DNA of 64,000 bases from an uncultured Actinomycetes bacterium. GTDB taxonomy: Bacteria; Actinomycetota; UBA4738; HRBIN12. Within the stretch, counting starts at the first letter, position 1. Each line of letters begins with the position of its first letter. The notes under the pieces are model-generated. The model saw only the letters and a program-made list of their open reading frames with translations, was not told the origin of the DNA and ran no database searches. The stretch is taken from NCBI GenBank assembly GCA_963704725.1, contig OY969934.1:2560001-2624000 (forward strand), written 5' to 3'. Below, piece after piece: positions 1 to 10,411 of this stretch. The position numbers and the translations under genes are program-made.

Positions 1-969
1 GGCCCACGGCCGGTGGGTGATCCGGAACGCGTCCTGGACCGCCGGGACGAGCTCGTGCACGATCGCGTCGCCGTACGGCCCGAGGTTCGCGGAGTTCACC
101 GCGTACGAGTCGTCGAAGAACGGGGTCTCGTGCCGAAGCTCCACGATGATCACCTGCGGCGCGCCTCCGGACAGCCACCACTCGGAGAACCGGTCGCCGC
201 CCTCCTCCTGGAAGCCGAACGGCGCCCGTTGCGGGAAGTGGCCCTGGAGGTAGACGACCGGGTAGCGACGGTGCGCGTTCGCCGGATCCTGGTAGCCGGA
301 GGGCAGCAGCACGTTCGCGCCGAGGAAGATCGGCGCCCCCCAGAACGCGCTGAGCAGGTCGCTCTGGATCTTGAGGTGCTTCACGAACGGCGTGTCGGGC
401 GGGTTCCCCTGCTGGCACGTCCCGCCGTCCGGAACGGGATCCGAGGGTTCGATCGCTCGGTCGAGCTCGAGCGCGATCGTGCCGCTCGTCGGCGACAGGT
501 GCATCGGGACGGGCGTGCTCATGAGATTGCCGGGAGAGTCGAGGAAGAAGCCCCCGTCGCCACACGGCTGGTGCAGCTTCACCGTCGAGCCGTCCGAGCG
601 GCGGAACGTCGTGTACACGTTGAGGAAGGCCTGGACCGTGTAGTCGCCGGCCGGGAGATCGCCGAGCGAAGGGAACGGGTAGCCGAGGACGTTCGCGCTG
701 CCGTCGACCATCATGGCCTCGCCGGGCGAGATGTTCGACACGTCGCGCCCCCAGAACGGCACGCCGCCGGCGACGAACACCTGGAACCGCGGGTCCGAGC
801 TCGAGTCGTTGGAAACGATCACGAACACGCGGCCGTCCGCGTGCTCCGCCCGCACCGAGTCTTCGAACGTCACACGGAACGCGAGCGTCACGATCGTCTG
901 GGCGTCGGCGCCGATCGGCACGAGCAGGGTCAGCGCGGCCAGGACGGCGAGCAGGGTCCTCCAGCGCAT
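1..969 (-). CDS. Secreted esterase / alpha-beta hydrolase-fold protein (enterochelin-esterase-like), truncated by the window edge
   Basis: Not in the ORF track. Manual translation from ATG 969 (SD GGAGG upstream) gives signal peptide MRWRTLLAVLAALTLLVPIGADA, then SDLLSAFWGRPIFLGANVLLPSGY...YPVVY...PFFDDSYAVNSANLGPYGDAIVHELVP. Open to position 1. Confidence 0.75.
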   Translation of the reverse strand, partial: MRWRTLLAVLAALTLLVPIGADAQTIVTLAFRVTFEDSVRAEHADGRVFVIVSNDSSSDPRFQVFVAGGVPFWGRDVSNISPGEAMMVDGSANVLGYPFPSLGDLPAGDYTVQAFLNVYTTFRRSDGSTVKLHQPCGDGGFFLDSPGNLMSTPVPMHLSPTSGTIALELDRAIEPSDPVPDGGTCQQGNPPDTPFVKHLKIQSDLLSAFWGAPIFLGANVLLPSGYQDPANAHRRYPVVYLQGHFPQRAPFGFQEEGGDRFSEWWLSGGAPQVIIVELRHETPFFDDSYAVNSANLGPYGDAIVHELVPAVQDAFRITHRPWA

Positions 970-1002
970 CGGGTCCTCCCCCTCAGGATGGCTGGCGCGA
1001 CT

Positions 1003-2403
1003 CTATCCGCCCGCGACGTCGCGCGCCGCGCGGCGGACGATCTGGATGCACTCGTCGATGCGGTCGCGATGGGTCCGGTGCGACAGGATGCACGCCCGGA
1101 CCGTGAAGCGCCCCTCGATCACCGTGCTCGACAGGAACACCCGCTTCGAGGCGTTGATGCCCGCGAGGAGGCGCTGGTTCGCGGCGTCGTCGAGATCGCG
1201 CAGGCGGAACGGCACGACGGTGAGCTCGGGCTGCCACGGCAGCTCGAGCTCGGGGATCGCCTTGAGCCCCTCGTACAGGCGCTCGGCCAGGTCGAGCTTC
1301 TCGTCCAGCGCCTCGCGGAACGCCGCAACCCCGTGCAGCTTCAACGGGAACCACACGCGGAGGCCACGGAAGCCGCGCGAGAGCTCGGCCGAGTACTCGG
1401 CGAAGTTCGGGATGTGGGCGTCGGCCGCGAGGTCTTGCAGGTAGGCGCTCGTGCCGACGTGGTGCGCCTCGCGGAGCTTCGCCCCGTCGCGGACGACAAG
1501 CGCGCCGGTCCCGTACGGCAGGAACAGGCCCTTGTGCGGGTCGAGCGTGATCGAGTCGGCCCGCTCGATGCCCCGGAACCGCTCGAGCCCCCGTTCGGTG
1601 AGCTGGAAGAACCCGCCGTACGCGGCGTCGACGTGGAGCCACAGTCTCTGGGCTGCCGCGACGCCGGCGATCTCGGCGATGGGGTCGATCGCGCCGGTGT
1701 TCGTGGTACCGGCCGAGGCCACCACCGCGAACGGCGTGAGACCGGCCGCGCGATCGTCCGCGATCCGCCGCCTGAGGGCGTCGACGTCCATCCGGAGCGA
1801 CGGGTCGGTCTCGACCGCGTGGACGTTGCCGACCGGGAAGCCGGCGAGCATGGCCGCCTTCGTCACCGAGGCGTGGACCTGCTCGCTGACGTAGAGCGTG
1901 CCCGAGAGGAAGTCCTCGGGGAGCCGGTCCTTGCGCGCCGCGACGATCGCCGAGAAGTTGGCGATCGACCCACCCGAGGTCAGCACGCCGCGCGACGCGG
2001 GCGGGAACGAGAACAGGTCGCACAGCCAGCGGACCACGTTGTTCTCGATCTGCGCGCCCACGGGCGCCGCTTCCCACAGGTTCACGAACCGATCGATCGT
2101 GTTGGACAGGAGGTCCGCGAGCGACGCGGCGTACAGGCCGCCGCCGGGGATGTAGGCGAGGAACCCCGGGCCGGCGTTGTCGTGCGCGTGGCGGGCGATC
2201 GTCTCCACCAGCTCGAGCAGCGGCCCGAACTCGCCCCCGGTCTCCGGCGGCGACTCGCGGTGCGCGTCGGCGGCCTCGACGGCCCCCTCGAGCCCGTGGG
2301 AGGCCGACTCGGGTCGGCGGCCCAGGAAGTCGATCGCGTAGGCAAGCGCCGCCTGGCCCATCTCCCGCATCTGCTCCGGTGACGGGTCGAGCGGGTAGCC
2401 CAT
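1003..2403 (-). CDS. PLP-dependent group II (aromatic-L-amino-acid-type) decarboxylase
   Basis: Motifs GVLTSGGSIAN, AGTTNTGAIDP, LWLHVDAAYGG and DSITLDPHK (PLP lysine). Confidence 0.9.
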   Translation of the reverse strand: MGYPLDPSPEQMREMGQAALAYAIDFLGRRPESASHGLEGAVEAADAHRESPPETGGEFGPLLELVETIARHAHDNAGPGFLAYIPGGGLYAASLADLLSNTIDRFVNLWEAAPVGAQIENNVVRWLCDLFSFPPASRGVLTSGGSIANFSAIVAARKDRLPEDFLSGTLYVSEQVHASVTKAAMLAGFPVGNVHAVETDPSLRMDVDALRRRIADDRAAGLTPFAVVASAGTTNTGAIDPIAEIAGVAAAQRLWLHVDAAYGGFFQLTERGLERFRGIERADSITLDPHKGLFLPYGTGALVVRDGAKLREAHHVGTSAYLQDLAADAHIPNFAEYSAELSRGFRGLRVWFPLKLHGVAAFREALDEKLDLAERLYEGLKAIPELELPWQPELTVVPFRLRDLDDAANQRLLAGINASKRVFLSSTVIEGRFTVRACILSHRTHRDRIDECIQIVRRAARDVAGG

Positions 2404-2414
2404 GGACGCGGAGC

Positions 2415-2624
2415 CTACCCCGGCAGGCGCGCGGTGACGGACTCGAGGAGCCGGCGAGACGCCGCCGCCACCTCGTCGACCGCAGCCGCGAAGGCCTCCT
2501 CGTGGCGCTTGGAGGGTGCCCGGAACCCGCTCACCTTCCGCACGTACTGGAGGGCGGCCTCCTGGATCTCCTGCTCGGTCGCGGGGACGTCGCCCTCACG
2601 CAGTCGCTTGATGCTTCGGCACAT
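2415..2624 (-). CDS. DUF2277-family small protein
   Basis: MCRSIKRL...ATEQEIQEAALQYVRKVSGFRAPS...EAFAAAVDEVA matches the family pattern as I recall it. Confidence 0.8.
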   Translation of the reverse strand: MCRSIKRLREGDVPATEQEIQEAALQYVRKVSGFRAPSKRHEEAFAAAVDEVAAASRRLLESVTARLPG

Positions 2625-2690
2625 GGGCCCGATGGTACCGGCTGCGCGGCGTGCGAAGATGGGCGGGCGCACCAGGACGGAGGGACGCAG

Positions 2691-3545
2691 GTGAAGGCCG
2701 ACGCGGAGCGCGACCGCAAGAAGGACACGCACCTCGATGCGGAGGACCGCCGCAGCAAGATCCCGAAGAAGGCGTACGAGAAGGAGCTCCGCCGCCTCCA
2801 GGAGGAGCTCGTGAAGATGGAGGACTGGGTGGCGGCGACCGGGGCGCGGATCGTGGTCCTGTTCGAGGGCCGCGACGCCGCGGGCAAGGGCGGCACGATC
2901 AAGCGGATCACCCAGTACATGAACCCCCGCATCACGCGGATCGTGGCGCTGCCCAAGCCCACCGAGCGCCAGCGGACCCAGTGGTACTTCCAGCGGTACG
3001 TCGACGAGCTGCCCGCGGCGGGCGAGATCGCCCTGTTCGACCGGAGCTGGTACAACCGCGCCGGCATCGAGAAGGTCCTGGGGTTCTGCACGCCCGAGGA
3101 GCACCTGCGGTTCCTCCGGCAGTGCCCGACCGTCGAGCGACTGATGACCGAGGACGGCATCACGCTCATCAAGTACTGGTTCTCGGTCTCGGACCAGGAG
3201 CAGGAGCGGCGGTTCCGGGCCAGGATCGACGACCCGATCCGCCGGTGGAAGCTCTCGGAGACCGACCTGTTCTCGCGCTCGCGCTACGTCGACTACTCGC
3301 GGGCGCGGGACGAGATGTTCGTGCACACCGACATCCCCGAGGCGCGTTGGTACATCGTCGAGGCCGACGACAAGCCGAGGGCCCGGCTCAACTGCATCTC
3401 GCACCTGCTGTCGATGATCCCCTACCAGCGCGTGGACCATCCCCGCATCGAGATCCCCCCGCGCCAGCCCGACGGCGGCTACCTTCGCCCGCCGCGCGAG
3501 GCCTTCCTCGCGGTCCCCGACCACGCGTCGACGCTGACCTCGTAG
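2691..3545 (+). CDS. ppk2: Polyphosphate kinase 2
   Basis: FEGRDAAGKGGTIKR, QWYFQRY, FDRSWYNRAG; GTG start at 2691. Confidence 0.93.
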   Translation: MKADAERDRKKDTHLDAEDRRSKIPKKAYEKELRRLQEELVKMEDWVAATGARIVVLFEGRDAAGKGGTIKRITQYMNPRITRIVALPKPTERQRTQWYFQRYVDELPAAGEIALFDRSWYNRAGIEKVLGFCTPEEHLRFLRQCPTVERLMTEDGITLIKYWFSVSDQEQERRFRARIDDPIRRWKLSETDLFSRSRYVDYSRARDEMFVHTDIPEARWYIVEADDKPRARLNCISHLLSMIPYQRVDHPRIEIPPRQPDGGYLRPPREAFLAVPDHASTLTS

Positions 3546-3579
3546 CGCCGGGTCCTTGCCCGGGTCGGCGACTCACCCT

Positions 3580-5622
3580 ATGCTGCTCGAACGCATGTTC
3601 GACGCCCTGGAACGGCTCAACCCCGAGCAGCGCGCCGCCGTGGAGCACCTCGGCGGGCCCCTGCTCGTGGTGGCGGGCGCCGGCTCGGGCAAGACGTGGA
3701 CGCTGGCCTGCCGGGTGGCGCGCCTCGTCGACCGCGGCGTGCCCCCGGAGCGGATCCTGCTCCTCACGTTCACGCGCCGGGCTGCCCGGGAGATGCTCCG
3801 CCGCGCGCAGACGCTCACGGCGGGCGGCGGGGTGGGGCGGGTGTGGGGCGGGACGTTCCACGCCACCGCCAACCGGCTGCTGCGGGTCCACGGTCGGGCG
3901 CTGGGCCTGCCCCCCGGGTTCACCGTGCTGGACCGGACCGACACCGCCGACCTCATGGACCTGATCCGCGGCGAGCTGGGGCTCGGCGAGGGCGAGCGAC
4001 GGTTCCCGCGCAAGGAGACGCTCGCCGACGCCTACTCCCGCACCGTCAACGCACAGACCAAGCTGGCCGACGTCCTGGAGCGCGAGTACCCGTGGTGCGC
4101 GGACGAGATCGACGGCATCCGTTCGATCTTCGAGCGCTACGTCGAGCGCAAGCGCGGCCAGAACGCGCTCGACTACGACGACCTCCTGCTCTACTGGCAC
4201 GCGCTGGGGCGACATCCGGCGGCGGGGGCCGCGGTCCGCGAGCTCTTCGACCACATCCTCGTGGACGAGTACCAGGACACGAACGCCCTGCAGGCGGACA
4301 TCCTGTCGGCGCTGCGTCCGGACGGTCGAGGGCTCATGGTGGTCGGCGACGACGCCCAGGCCATCTACGCGTTCCGCTCGGCCACGGTGCGCAACATCCT
4401 GGAGTTCCCCGAGCGCTTCCCCGGCACCACGATCGTGAAGCTGGAACGCAACTACCGCTCGACGCGGCCGATCCTGCACGCGACGAACGCCGTGATCGCG
4501 CTCTCGCCGCAACGGCACGAAAAGACGCTGTGGACGGAGCGAGCGGATGGCGAACGCCCCTTGCTCGTCACCTGTCTCGACGAGCGCGATCAGGCCGACG
4601 ACGTGTGCCGGGCGATCCTCGAGCACCGCGAGCGCGGCACACCGCTGAAGGAGCAGGCGGTCCTGTTCCGCGCCGGACACCACAGCGACGTGCTCGAGGT
4701 CGAGCTCACGAGACGGAACATCCCGTTCGTGAAGTACGGCGGCTTGAAGTTCCTCGAGTCGGCCCACGTGAAGGACGCGCTCGCGGTGCTCCGGATCGCC
4801 GACAACCCTCGCGACGAGGTCTCGTGGTTCCGCGTGCTGCAGCTCCTGGACCGGGTGGGACCGACGGGAGCCCGGCGCCTGATGGCGGCGATCGGCGTGA
4901 CGGCCCCCGGCGACCCCATGGTGCGCTTCCTGGAGCAGGCGATCGCCGTTCCGGCCGCGGCCCGGACCGAGCTCGACGGGCTCCGGGAGGCGTTCCGCGA
5001 CCTCGCCGACGGCCGCCCGCCGGCCTCCCAGGCCGAGCGGGTCCGGCGATTCCTCGAGCCGCTCCTGCGCCGCCGGTACGACCAGCCCGAACCGCGCCTG
5101 CGCGACCTGGAGCAGCTCGAGCAGCTCGCCGCCGGGTTCGAGACACGCGAGCGGTTCGTCACCGACCTCACGATCGACCCGCCCGTCTCGACCTCGGACC
5201 TGGCCGGGTCGCCGCACCTGGACGAGGACTACGTGATCCTGTCGACGATCCACTCGGCCAAGGGCGGCGAGTGGGACGTCGTCCACGTGATCCACGCGGC
5301 CGACGGCATGATCCCCTCCGACATGGCCACCGGCGACCCCGACCAGATCGAGGAGGAGCGCCGGCTGTTCTACGTCGCGCTCACGCGGGCGCGAGACACC
5401 CTTCGGGTGACGTTCCCGCTCCGGTACCACCGCTCCAACCGCGGGCTCGAGGACCGGCACTGGTATGCGCAGCTCACCCGGTTCCTGCCCGAGGAGGTGC
5501 GCGGGAGGTTCACGCTCGGCACCACGTACTCGGACGCCGGGCCGGACGCTCCGCTCGCGGTCGCGACGAGCGGGACGGCCGGCGCCGTCGACGCGCTGCT
5601 CGCGGGCCTGTGGTCGGAGTGA
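3580..5622 (+). CDS. UvrD/Rep/PcrA-family ATP-dependent DNA helicase
   Basis: AGAGSGKT, LVDEYQD, VGDDAQAIYAFR, LERNYRS, STIHSAKGGEW, EERRLFYVALTRA. Confidence 0.93.
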   Translation: MLLERMFDALERLNPEQRAAVEHLGGPLLVVAGAGSGKTWTLACRVARLVDRGVPPERILLLTFTRRAAREMLRRAQTLTAGGGVGRVWGGTFHATANRLLRVHGRALGLPPGFTVLDRTDTADLMDLIRGELGLGEGERRFPRKETLADAYSRTVNAQTKLADVLEREYPWCADEIDGIRSIFERYVERKRGQNALDYDDLLLYWHALGRHPAAGAAVRELFDHILVDEYQDTNALQADILSALRPDGRGLMVVGDDAQAIYAFRSATVRNILEFPERFPGTTIVKLERNYRSTRPILHATNAVIALSPQRHEKTLWTERADGERPLLVTCLDERDQADDVCRAILEHRERGTPLKEQAVLFRAGHHSDVLEVELTRRNIPFVKYGGLKFLESAHVKDALAVLRIADNPRDEVSWFRVLQLLDRVGPTGARRLMAAIGVTAPGDPMVRFLEQAIAVPAAARTELDGLREAFRDLADGRPPASQAERVRRFLEPLLRRRYDQPEPRLRDLEQLEQLAAGFETRERFVTDLTIDPPVSTSDLAGSPHLDEDYVILSTIHSAKGGEWDVVHVIHAADGMIPSDMATGDPDQIEEERRLFYVALTRARDTLRVTFPLRYHRSNRGLEDRHWYAQLTRFLPEEVRGRFTLGTTYSDAGPDAPLAVATSGTAGAVDALLAGLWSE

Positions 5623-5632
5623 CGGCTCGCCC

Positions 5633-6751
5633 TCAGACGCCCGCGGCGAGCGGCGCCGGATCGTAGGCGCAGGCCGGATCCTCGCCGAGCGGGTCGCCGG
5701 TCGCGGCGAACGCGCGGGAACGCGACCCGCCGCACGCATCCGCGAACCCGCACACGCCGCACCGCCCCGAGAACTCGGCGGCGCGGATCGAGCGCAGGAG
5801 GGCGCTGTCCCGGTAGACGCGGACGACGTCGTCCATGCAGACGTTGCCGAGGCGCACGGGCAGGAACCCGGAGGGGTAGAGATCGCCGGCGTGCGACACG
5901 AACAGGATCCCCTTGCCGTCCCGCGTCCCCACGCTCTGCGCTCGCGACCGTTCGGTTGCCGGGCCGAGGAGCCGCCGGAGCCGAGCCGAGAGCGATCCCC
6001 CGAGCGATCCGGGCCGCGAGGCCGCCTCCACGCCGGCCTCACGCGCCGACACCACGCGACGGAAGAAGGGCGCCTCGACCGTCCGCACGACGAAGCCGTA
6101 CCGCGACGCGTCGTACAGGAACCGGGTCACGTCCTCGTGCTCGGCCGGCGAGAGCTCCTCGAGGTCGGTCCCCCGTCCCACCCGGATCAGGAAGAACACC
6201 TCCCAGATCCTCGCCCCCCATCCACGCACGAGGGCGGCGACGTCGGCGAGCTCGCGGACGTTGCGGCGCATCACGGTCGTGTTGATCTGGACGTCGAGCC
6301 CCTCCTCCACGAGCATGCGGACGGCTTCCTCGGTCCGCGCGAAGTGGCCGGCCACGCCGCGGATCGACTCGTGGGTGTCGGGCCGGGCCCCGTCGAGGCT
6401 GATCGAGACGGTCCTCGCCCCGGCCTCGCGCATCCGGACCGCGGCCGCGCGGTGAAGGAGCGGCGTGACGCTCGGCGCGAACCCGATGGGGAGCCCGCGA
6501 GCGCGCGCCCGCTCGGCGAGCTCGAACAGGTCGGCCCGCCGGAACGGGTCTCCTCCCGTGAAGATCAGGACCGGTCGGTTGGGCTCGAAGCGGGCGAGGT
6601 CGTCGACGAGCCGCATCCCGTCCGCGGTCGAGAGCTCTCCCGGGAGCGGCTCCGAGATCGCTTCCGCGCGGCAGTGCCGGCACGCCAGGCCGCACGCCCT
6701 CGTCGTCTCCCAGAACACGAGGATGGGAGCCAGGTCGAAGTTCACCGGCAT
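5633..6751 (-). CDS. Radical SAM/SPASM protein, TIGR04053 / AhbD-like (heme-biosynthesis associated)
   Basis: WETTRACGLACRHCRAEA (CX3CX2C), TGGDP, C-terminal CGVCGFADACGGSRSRA...DPAC; overlaps the hemG/hemY stop. Confidence 0.85.
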   Translation of the reverse strand: MPVNFDLAPILVFWETTRACGLACRHCRAEAISEPLPGELSTADGMRLVDDLARFEPNRPVLIFTGGDPFRRADLFELAERARARGLPIGFAPSVTPLLHRAAAVRMREAGARTVSISLDGARPDTHESIRGVAGHFARTEEAVRMLVEEGLDVQINTTVMRRNVRELADVAALVRGWGARIWEVFFLIRVGRGTDLEELSPAEHEDVTRFLYDASRYGFVVRTVEAPFFRRVVSAREAGVEAASRPGSLGGSLSARLRRLLGPATERSRAQSVGTRDGKGILFVSHAGDLYPSGFLPVRLGNVCMDDVVRVYRDSALLRSIRAAEFSGRCGVCGFADACGGSRSRAFAATGDPLGEDPACAYDPAPLAAGV

Positions 6752-8136
6752 GCGGATCGCCCCCTCACGATCGCGGCTTCCAGAACGAGCCGCGCGGCGC
6801 GCTCTCCGTCGCGGACGCAGTCCGGGACGCCGACGCCCCGGTACGCCTGGCCCGCCACGAACACGCCCGCCGGCAGGTCGCGCTCGATCTCGCGGACGAG
6901 ATCGAGGTGCCCGACGTCGTACTGCGGCATCGAGCGCGGCCACCGGACGACCCGGGCGTCGTCGGGGACGGCCGGCATCCCGAGCAGGTCCGACAGGGCT
7001 CGAGCGACGCTCCGCACGAGGTCCTCGTCCGAGCGGCCGGGCCGCTCCGGGGCGCCGTCGGCTCCGACGAAGCACCGCACCACCGCCCGGCCGCCGAACG
7101 CCGGCTCGGGCCACTTGCGCGAGACGAACGTGCACGCCGTCATCTCGAGGGCGCCGCGCGGCGCGAGGAACCCCGAGCCGGGCGGGAGCCGGCGTCCCGT
7201 CCCCTCGCCGTAGACGAGCAGGACTACGCTCGTCGAGGCCGAGCGCATCCGGCGGAGCCCGGCCGAGGACGCCGGCGCGACGCTCTCGACGAGGCCGGCG
7301 GTGACGAACGCCGGCGTGGCGAACACCACCGCGTCCGCCAGGATCGCGTCTCCGCCCGCCCGGACGACGAACATGTCGCCCGCGCGCTCCACAGCGTCGA
7401 CGGGCATCCGCGTGCGGACGCGATCGCCCAGCCCGTCGCCCAGGGAGGCGGCCAGGCGGTCGAGCCCACCGCGGAGCCGCAGGAACATCGGCGCACGCCC
7501 GCCTCCACGACCCGCCGACGCGGCGGCCCGCGCCCCCCGGATCAAGCCGCCGTGCCGGCGCTCCCACGTCGCGAGCTCGGGGAACGTGGCCAGGACCGAG
7601 AGCCGGTCGACATCGCCGGCGAACACCCCGCCAAGCAGCGGGGCCACGAGCGCGTCGGTGGCCTCGTCCCCGATGCGGCGGCGGACCAGCGAGCCGAGCG
7701 ACTCGTCGCCGGCCGGCGCCGGAGCCCGGCGGAGGAGATCAGCGGCCGCCCGCATCTTCCCCGACCAGGTGAGGCCGGGCCACCGCAGGAGCTCGAGGGG
7801 GCTCGCCGAGATCCCGAACGGCCCGGAGGGGAGCGGCAGCAACCCGCGCCGCGTCAGGACCTGCGCCGCCGCGGTGGCCGGCTCGGCCAGGTCGTCCCCC
7901 AGGCCGAGCTCGCGGCACAGATCGGCCGCCCACGGCTTGCGCGCGACGAGGGAATCGGGCCCGGCCTCCAGGCGCAGGCCCCCGACCTCGACGGACCGGA
8001 TCTTGCCGCCGGGCTCGCCGGCCGCCTCGAAGACCGTCACGTCGGCGCCGGCCGAGGCCAGCCGGTACGCCGCCACCAGCCCCGCCACGCCGGCGCCGAC
8101 CACGACGGTGCGGGGGACCGAGCGCGCGTCGAGCAT
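6742..8136 (-). CDS. hemG: Protoporphyrinogen/coproporphyrinogen III oxidase (HemY/CgoX type)
   Basis: VVVGAGVAGL FAD motif, GGKIRS, EAGPDS, PQYDVGH, GVGVPDC. Confidence 0.9.
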   Translation of the reverse strand: MLDARSVPRTVVVGAGVAGLVAAYRLASAGADVTVFEAAGEPGGKIRSVEVGGLRLEAGPDSLVARKPWAADLCRELGLGDDLAEPATAAAQVLTRRGLLPLPSGPFGISASPLELLRWPGLTWSGKMRAAADLLRRAPAPAGDESLGSLVRRRIGDEATDALVAPLLGGVFAGDVDRLSVLATFPELATWERRHGGLIRGARAAASAGRGGGRAPMFLRLRGGLDRLAASLGDGLGDRVRTRMPVDAVERAGDMFVVRAGGDAILADAVVFATPAFVTAGLVESVAPASSAGLRRMRSASTSVVLLVYGEGTGRRLPPGSGFLAPRGALEMTACTFVSRKWPEPAFGGRAVVRCFVGADGAPERPGRSDEDLVRSVARALSDLLGMPAVPDDARVVRWPRSMPQYDVGHLDLVREIERDLPAGVFVAGQAYRGVGVPDCVRDGERAARLVLEAAIVRGRSACR

Positions 8137-8212
8137 CGCGAGCGAACCTAAGGGGCCGGGGCCCCGGGCTCGGGGGCCGAGGGTCCCCGAGCGTGCGGCG
8201 CGTTCGGCCTCG

Positions 8213-10411
8213 CTACCGCCGGCCGTTCGCCCCGGCGGGCGAGGGATGGGAGAGCCGGGCCGAGGCCGCGAGCGCCAGGCGGACGTCGTCCTCGTTCGCG
8301 GGATGGCCCGAGAACCGGTCGCGTTCGAACAGGCGGACCACGAGCTCGGCGTCGGCCCGCTCGTCCGGACCGAGTAGCGGGCGCGCGGCGCGCAGGAACT
8401 CTGCGGCCGTCTGGTGCTCGGCTCGGGCCCGGCCTCGGGAGGCCATCGCCGACTCGAGCTCGGCGAACGCCCGGGCCGCCCCCGCCGGCGGCGGCCTCCG
8501 GCGCCGCCTCGCCCCTCGCCGGCGCAACAGGAGCGCGCCGATCGCCCCCAGCGAGATCGCCGCCACCAGGAGGGGCCATGCCCGCGCCACCGCCATCACC
8601 GCCCGCCCGGAGGCCCGGGCGGCGTCGCGGACGGGCTCGGGAACGGCCGCGGACAGGAACCGGCCGATCGCCCGAACCACCTCGGGCGCGACGAGCCGCT
8701 GCGCCAGGCTCACGCTCGCGGGCGGCACCCCGAAGGTCGGGTCGTACGGGACCCATCCGGCTCCGGGGTAGAAGACCTCGACCCACGCGTGGGCGTCGGA
8801 GGCGCGGACCTCCCAGTAGCCGGTGAACGGGTTCCGGTCGCCCGGGCCGAACCCGGTGACGAACCGGGCCGGGATCCCCGAGGCCCGAAGGAGCACGGCC
8901 ATGGCGCTCGCGATGTGCTCGCAGAAGCCGCGGCGGCCCTCGAAGAGGAAGTGGTCGACGGCGTCGACGCCCGGCGGGAACGGCGGGATGTCGAGGTCGT
9001 ACCGGGTGTTGCGGCGCAACCACGTCTGGACGGCCTCGACGGCGTCGTAGCGGGTCGGCGCTACCGCCGTGATCCGCCCGGCCAGCAGGCGGACGCGCTC
9101 GGGCAGCTCGCCCGGCAGCTGCAGGTACGGCTCGAGAGCAGCGTCGAGATCGGGATCGCGAGGCATCGAGTCGAACGTTCGAAGGACGTCGGGCGTGACC
9201 GCCGGGACGTCGGACATCACCGAGTACACGACACCGTCGTCCAGCAGGATCGGCGCACGAACGGAGCCGTAGGCGTCGATCACGAGCCGCGACGACGGGA
9301 AGTACGCCTGGACGGGCTTCCACGCCCCGAACACGACGTTCGGCAGGTCGGCCTCCACGTAGAAGGTGGCCAGCACCCGCCGGGAAGGCAGGAAGACGGA
9401 GCCGCCGTCGGTCGGCGACGCCACGCCGAAGACGTCTTCGTACCCCTGGGTCACGGGAAAGGTCCGGTCGTCGGACGTCGTCCACCGCGTCCCGTCGAAG
9501 GTGTCGTACGCCAGCCCGCGCCACAGGGCGGCCTGGGGCGATCGCACGCGCATCACGATCGCGTCGGACAGATGACCGCGGGAGCGCAGGTCCACGCTCG
9601 AGCTGAACCCCGGGTAGGCCAGGTCCGTGAATTCGGCCACGCCGTCGGCGCCGCGGGTGAGCCCCGGGTTGACCACCTGGCCGTCGAACCCGGCGAGCAC
9701 GGTGGCGTGATCGGCCCGGAAGGGCGGCAGGGCCACGGTCAGACCCGGGAGCCGGGGAAGCGCCAGGAACATCGCGGTGGCGGCGACGGCGGACAGGGCC
9801 ACCCAGGCGCTCAGCATCCGGATCGTGGCGGGCCAGGAGGAACGCCGCGCGGGCGCCACGGGGCGGCGGATCTCGACCACGGCCGGGGTCCCGGCGGCGC
9901 CCGGCCCGAGCGTGACGAACAGGTACGTCCCGGCCAGGGCGAGCCACGGCAGGAGGAACAGGAGGAACCCCGTCCCGAACGACAGCGCCCCGGCCTCGGC
10001 GATCAGGATCAGACTCGAGATCACCGAGAAGCCGAGATCGCGGCGGCGCGGGACGTCGAACGAGTGCAGGACCTGGACCCACAGGAACAGCGAGGCCAGC
10101 GGCCGCCGGGCGTCGTCGAAGGACTGCGCGCCCTCGACGCCGCGCAGGAACGACCCCAGCGCCACGAGCAGCCCCATCGCCAGGGCGACCTTCGCCAGGA
10201 TCGAGGGATGGTGCCGTCGCGCGTACGAGTACGCGTACCCGGCGGGGACGAGCACGAGGGCGCCGACCGAGCTCGCGGCGTCGACGGCTCCCTGAGCCAC
10301 CACGGCGAGCACGGCGACCTCGACCATGACCGCCACCACGATCCGGATCCGTCTCGAGTCCTCCGGCACGCCCTGGATCCGCCGCAGACGCTGGGCGATC
10401 GTCGCGCTCAC
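8213..10411 (-). CDS. Membrane protein with DUF3488 and transglutaminase-like domains
   Basis: N-terminal TM helices; GFCEHIASAMAVLLR, HAWVEV and YDPT give the Cys-His-Asp triad. GTG at 10411 overlaps the DUF58 stop. Confidence 0.88.
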   Translation of the reverse strand: MSATIAQRLRRIQGVPEDSRRIRIVVAVMVEVAVLAVVAQGAVDAASSVGALVLVPAGYAYSYARRHHPSILAKVALAMGLLVALGSFLRGVEGAQSFDDARRPLASLFLWVQVLHSFDVPRRRDLGFSVISSLILIAEAGALSFGTGFLLFLLPWLALAGTYLFVTLGPGAAGTPAVVEIRRPVAPARRSSWPATIRMLSAWVALSAVAATAMFLALPRLPGLTVALPPFRADHATVLAGFDGQVVNPGLTRGADGVAEFTDLAYPGFSSSVDLRSRGHLSDAIVMRVRSPQAALWRGLAYDTFDGTRWTTSDDRTFPVTQGYEDVFGVASPTDGGSVFLPSRRVLATFYVEADLPNVVFGAWKPVQAYFPSSRLVIDAYGSVRAPILLDDGVVYSVMSDVPAVTPDVLRTFDSMPRDPDLDAALEPYLQLPGELPERVRLLAGRITAVAPTRYDAVEAVQTWLRRNTRYDLDIPPFPPGVDAVDHFLFEGRRGFCEHIASAMAVLLRASGIPARFVTGFGPGDRNPFTGYWEVRASDAHAWVEVFYPGAGWVPYDPTFGVPPASVSLAQRLVAPEVVRAIGRFLSAAVPEPVRDAARASGRAVMAVARAWPLLVAAISLGAIGALLLRRRGARRRRRPPPAGAARAFAELESAMASRGRARAEHQTAAEFLRAARPLLGPDERADAELVVRLFERDRFSGHPANEDDVRLALAASARLSHPSPAGANGRR

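Noticed and set aside
13-2382. Long + strand ORF (789 aa) and many similar long ORFs across the window
   Set aside because: Antisense or alternate-frame shadows typical of very high-GC DNA; Arg/Gly/Pro-rich, with no motifs and overlapping well-supported genes.
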